Source: an uncultured Gemmatimonadales bacterium
Lineage (GTDB): Bacteria > Gemmatimonadota > Gemmatimonadetes > Gemmatimonadales > GWC2-71-9
DNA length: 64,000 nucleotides
Assembly: GCA_963730185.1 (NCBI GenBank)
Contig: CAVSQW010000011.1
Span: 1-64,000 of the forward strand
Reading direction: 5' to 3'
This document shows positions 60,586 to 64,000 of this stretch, piece after piece. Each line of letters opens with the position of its first letter. Within the stretch, counting starts at the first letter, position 1. Under the pieces are notes generated by a model. The model saw only the letters and a program-made list of their open reading frames with translations. It was not told where the DNA came from and did no database searches. A program made the position numbers and the translations under genes.

Positions 60586-61314
60586 ATGTCCGAACGGCTC
60601 GCCATCGTCACGGGAACCAGTGCCGGCATCGGCCGGGCCCTCGCGGAGCTGCTCCTGAGTCGGCAGTGGTCGGTCGTCGGCATCAGCCGGAGCGGCGTCG
60701 ACTTTCCCCGGCCAGGCTACCGACACCTGACTCATGACTTGAGCGACACGGCCGGGCTCGAATCGGCCCTTGGCCCCGCCCTGCTCGCCGAGCTGGCGGC
60801 GGCCCCGTGGCAACGAATCGGCTTGGTGAACAACGCGGCCGCGATCGGCCAGCTCCGGCCGATCGACCATTGGGAGCCGGCCAAGCAGCTCCGGGCCTAC
60901 GCCACCAACGTGGTTGCCCCGACCTGGCTGATGGGGTGGCTGGGCCGGACCGTGCCGGCCGATCGGAGCCTCCGGATCGTCAACGTGTCGTCCGGCGCGT
61001 CCGGCCTCCCGATTCCCGGGCTGGGCGACTACGGCAGCAGCAAGGCGGCGCTCCGCCACGTGGGCGCGACCTTCGCGGCCGAGCACGAGGGCCGCGACCT
61101 GGCGGTGCTGAGCTACGAGCCCGGAGTGGTCGAGACGGCGATGCAGGAGACGGCCCGGGCCCAGTCGCCGGCCGACTTCCCGTCCCAGCCCCTGTTCATC
61201 GAGTTCGCCCGGTCGGGGCAGAGTGCCACCCCGGCCCAGGTGGTTCCGACGATCGCCGATTTCCTCGAAAAGGTGGAGACCCGGGGCTTCTCGGAGGCCC
61301 GCTTCGGCGGGTAG
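60586..61314 (+). CDS. Short-chain dehydrogenase/reductase
   Basis: TGTSAGIG, NNAA, VSSG, YGSSK and PGVVETAMQ motifs. Confidence 0.93.
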   Translation: MSERLAIVTGTSAGIGRALAELLLSRQWSVVGISRSGVDFPRPGYRHLTHDLSDTAGLESALGPALLAELAAAPWQRIGLVNNAAAIGQLRPIDHWEPAKQLRAYATNVVAPTWLMGWLGRTVPADRSLRIVNVSSGASGLPIPGLGDYGSSKAALRHVGATFAAEHEGRDLAVLSYEPGVVETAMQETARAQSPADFPSQPLFIEFARSGQSATPAQVVPTIADFLEKVETRGFSEARFGG

Positions 61315-61404
61315 CTCGGGGCGCGGGCGTCGGGGACCGGGCCGCATTACTTTCCGGGATCGTTTCCCGACTCTTTCGACCTCGACACGCATCGGTCCGG
61401 TCCC

Positions 61405-61992
61405 ATGAGCCCTCAGTCCACCGCCCTGCCGCCTCTCGCGTCCCTCGACCCGCTCGCCGAGCGGCTCTATCAGGCCCGCACCATCCTGATCAGCGGGGAG
61501 ATCAACCAGGCCCTCGCCGCCGACGTCACGGCCCAGCTGCTGGCCATGAGCGCCGAGAGCGACGCCCCGATCACTCTCTACATCAACTCGCAGGGCGGCC
61601 ACGTCGAGGCCGGTGACACCATCCACGACATGATCCGGTTCATTCGGCCGGAAGTGCGCGCCGTCGGGACGGGATGGGTCGCGAGCGCGGGCGCCTTGAT
61701 CTACGTGGCGACGCCCCGCGAGCGTCGCTACTGCCTCCCCAACACCCGCTTCCTGTTGCACCAGCCGGCCGGCGGGGCGGGCGGCGCGGCGGCCGACATC
61801 GACATCGAGGCCCGGGAGATCATCCGGATGCGGGAGCGGTTGAACCGGATCTTTGCCGCGGCCACCGGACAGTCGGTGGAGCGGATCCAGGAGGACACCC
61901 ACCGCAACTTCTGGCTCGACGCCGAGGCCGCGAAGAGCTACGGACTCGTGGGCCAGATCATCCAGACGTCGGCCGAGCTCCCCGCCGGCTGA
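61405..61992 (+). CDS. clpP: ATP-dependent Clp protease proteolytic subunit (orphan paralog)
   Basis: YINSQGG, VASAG (Ser), LLHQP (His) and EAKSYGLV-like C-terminus. Confidence 0.93.
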   Translation: MSPQSTALPPLASLDPLAERLYQARTILISGEINQALAADVTAQLLAMSAESDAPITLYINSQGGHVEAGDTIHDMIRFIRPEVRAVGTGWVASAGALIYVATPRERRYCLPNTRFLLHQPAGGAGGAAADIDIEAREIIRMRERLNRIFAAATGQSVERIQEDTHRNFWLDAEAAKSYGLVGQIIQTSAELPAG

Positions 61993-62036
61993 GCGCCATG
62001 GGCCCGGGCCCGGACCGGCGACGGGGGGCGCGGAGC

Positions 62037-63407
62037 ATGCACCGGCGGAGCTTCGTTCAGGCCGGGGTCCTGGCCGCTGGGGTGCCGGCACTCCGGCTCT
62101 TCCCCAGACTCGTTCCCCCGGCCCCACGCGCCCTCCCCAGCCCCGCCCAGCTCCGGTGGCAGCGCGACGAGCTGGCCCTCTTCTGCCACGTCGGCGTCAA
62201 CACCTTCACCGATCGCGAGTGGGGGGACGGCACCGAAAGCCCCGCGCTCTTTGATCCGCCGGCCCTCGACACCCGGCAATGGGCCCGCGCCGCAAGCCGC
62301 GGCGGCTTCCGCGCCATGATCCTCACCGCCAAGCACCACGACGGCTTTTGCCTCTGGCCCACCAGCACCACCGGGCATTCGGTCGCGGCCAGCCCGTGGC
62401 GCGGCGGGCAGGGCGACCTGGTCCGTGAATTCGTGGACGCCTGCCGGGCCGAAGGCCTTCGCGCGGGACTCTACCTCTCGCCCTGGGACCGGAACCATCC
62501 GGCCTACGGCGACTCGCCCCGCTACAACGACGTCTACGCCGAGCAGCTGACCGAGCTTCTGACCCGGTACGGCCCGATCGCCGAGATGTGGTTCGACGGC
62601 GCCAACGGCGAGGGTCCGAACGGGAAGCGGCAGGAGTACGACTGGCCCCGCTTCTTCGGCCTGGTCCGCCGCCACCAGCCGGAGGCCGTGATCTTCTCCG
62701 ACGCGGGGCCGGACGTGCGGTGGTGCGGGAACGAGCGGGGCGAGGCCGGTGACCCAAATTGGTCGCCGGTCGATCCGGCCGCCGTTCCAGCTCCCGGCGC
62801 CACCGGGGACGGCGTCGACGCCGCGCTCCAGCACGGCGACCCATCGGGGTCGGTCTGGCGCCCCGCCGAGTGCGATGTGTCGATCCGCCCGGGCTGGTTC
62901 CACCATCCGGCGGAGGACGACCAGGTCCGGCCGGTGGACGACCTGGTCCGGCTCTACCTCACCTCGGTCGGCCGGAACGCCAAGCTCCTCCTCAACGTGC
63001 CGCCGACCCGTCGGGGCCTCCTGGCCGACCCGGACGTCGCTCGCCTGGCGGCGTTTCACGACCGGCTGGCCGACCGCTTCGCGACCGACCTCGCGGGCGC
63101 AGGCCAGCTCCGCTGGCACCGGACCAGCGCCCGGACCGGGATCGCGGAGCTAACCCTGCCGAAGGCGGTGGCGGTCGATACCCTGCGGCTGGAAGAGCGA
63201 ATCGAGCGGGGGCAGGCGGTCGCCCGATTCGTCGTGCAGGTGTCGACTGGGAGCGGCTGGACCACCCTGACCGGCGGCACGACCATCGGATCCGCCCGAT
63301 TGCTCGAGGTGCCCGCCACCCCGATCCGGCGGCTCCGGCTGGCCGTGATCGACGCCGCCTGGCCGCCGCTCGAGCCCCGGATCCGCCTCTACGGTCCCGC
63401 CGCGTAG
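62037..63407 (+). CDS. Alpha-L-fucosidase (GH29), Tat-exported
   Basis: RRSF Tat motif; TAKHHDGFCLW, YLSPWD, WFDGA, SIRPGWF and SVGRN..LLLN motifs. Confidence 0.95.
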   Translation: MHRRSFVQAGVLAAGVPALRLFPRLVPPAPRALPSPAQLRWQRDELALFCHVGVNTFTDREWGDGTESPALFDPPALDTRQWARAASRGGFRAMILTAKHHDGFCLWPTSTTGHSVAASPWRGGQGDLVREFVDACRAEGLRAGLYLSPWDRNHPAYGDSPRYNDVYAEQLTELLTRYGPIAEMWFDGANGEGPNGKRQEYDWPRFFGLVRRHQPEAVIFSDAGPDVRWCGNERGEAGDPNWSPVDPAAVPAPGATGDGVDAALQHGDPSGSVWRPAECDVSIRPGWFHHPAEDDQVRPVDDLVRLYLTSVGRNAKLLLNVPPTRRGLLADPDVARLAAFHDRLADRFATDLAGAGQLRWHRTSARTGIAELTLPKAVAVDTLRLEERIERGQAVARFVVQVSTGSGWTTLTGGTTIGSARLLEVPATPIRRLRLAVIDAAWPPLEPRIRLYGPAA

Positions 63408-63487
63408 TTGGTCCTGCTTGACCCAGCCCCGGCCCTCCCGCCATCCTCAACCATGATCATTCGTCCCGCCGAGGGCCCGGCCCGCCG

Positions 63488-64000
63488 ATGAGCGCCGTCT
63501 TCCTGATCGACGCCGTGCTGTTCGACATGGACGGGGTGTTGGTGGACTCACGGGCGGTGATCGAGCGCACCTGGCGCCGCTGGGCCGAGCGCCATGACCT
63601 CGACGCCGACCGGCTCTTCCGAGCCGTCCACGGCCGGCGGACCAGCGAGGCGCTGGCCGACATCGCGCCGGCGATGGACATCAAGGCCGAAACGGCCTGG
63701 CTCGACGCCGCCGAAGTCGACGATCTGGAAGGGATCACGGCGATTCCCGGTGCGCTCGACCTGGTCCGGGCGCTACCCGAGGACCGGTGGGGCGTGGTGA
63801 CCTCGGCCGGGCTGGAGCTGGCCCGCCGACGGCTTCGGGCGGCCGGCCTCCCGACCGAGCCCGCGGTACTGATCACCAGTGCCGACGTCGAGCGCGGCAA
63901 GCCGGCGCCCGACGGCTACCTCCAGGCCGCCGGCGATCTCGGGGTTCGACCCGGCGACTGCCTCGTGTTCGAGGACGCCCGGCCGGGGATTGCCGCCGCC
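63488..64000 (+). CDS. HAD-superfamily sugar phosphatase (YfbT-like); runs off the right edge and is absent from the ORF track
   Basis: Manual translation: AVLFDMDGVLVDS...HGRR...VVTSA...GKPAPDGYL...VFEDA..GI. Confidence 0.93.
   Translation, partial: MSAVFLIDAVLFDMDGVLVDSRAVIERTWRRWAERHDLDADRLFRAVHGRRTSEALADIAPAMDIKAETAWLDAAEVDDLEGITAIPGALDLVRALPEDRWGVVTSAGLELARRRLRAAGLPTEPAVLITSADVERGKPAPDGYLQAAGDLGVRPGDCLVFEDARPGIAAA

Noticed and set aside
57369..60683. 1104-aa minus-strand ORF
   Set aside because: Off-frame or antisense to queA, the MFS gene and the hydrolase; no coherent domain.

Overview
High-GC bacterial chromosome segment. The gene set (PEP-CTERM proteins, Oar-type TonB receptor, ADOP permease with PadR, Omp85/DUF4390 operon) suggests Gemmatimonadota; this is inference, not a database result. 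1-24 kb: a PEP-CTERM/exopolysaccharide cell-surface island with wecB, GT4s, a 12x Ig-repeat lipoprotein, flippase-like protein, methyltransferase, DegT aminotransferase, FemAB-like protein, polysaccharide deacetylase, two PEP-CTERM proteins, three paralogous HpsJ-like 4-TM proteins, VanZ-like protein, sulfatase-like enzyme and a TonB receptor with its lipoprotein. Its intergenic gaps carry a recurring set of sigma-54 (-24/-12) promoters and TGT-N11-ACA boxes. 24-38 kb: sigma-54 two-component system with Omp85 and DUF4390-like genes, HNH, amidohydrolase, PBP1A, tyrS flanked by heptamer-repeat hairpins, and a HerA-like ATPase. 38-48 kb: patatin-ferredoxin fusion and an LPS glycosyltransferase/MsbA/GT9 cluster. 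48-58 kb: yebC-ruvC-ruvA-(small Zn ribbon)-ruvB, an opposite-strand accessory block, and queA. 58-64 kb: MFS, hydrolases, ClpP, GH29 fucosidase and a HAD phosphatase. Four genes carry single-base frameshifts, probably assembly indels. I recognised no rRNA, tRNA, CRISPR array or transposase. Many start codons were trimmed relative to the ORF track by eye.
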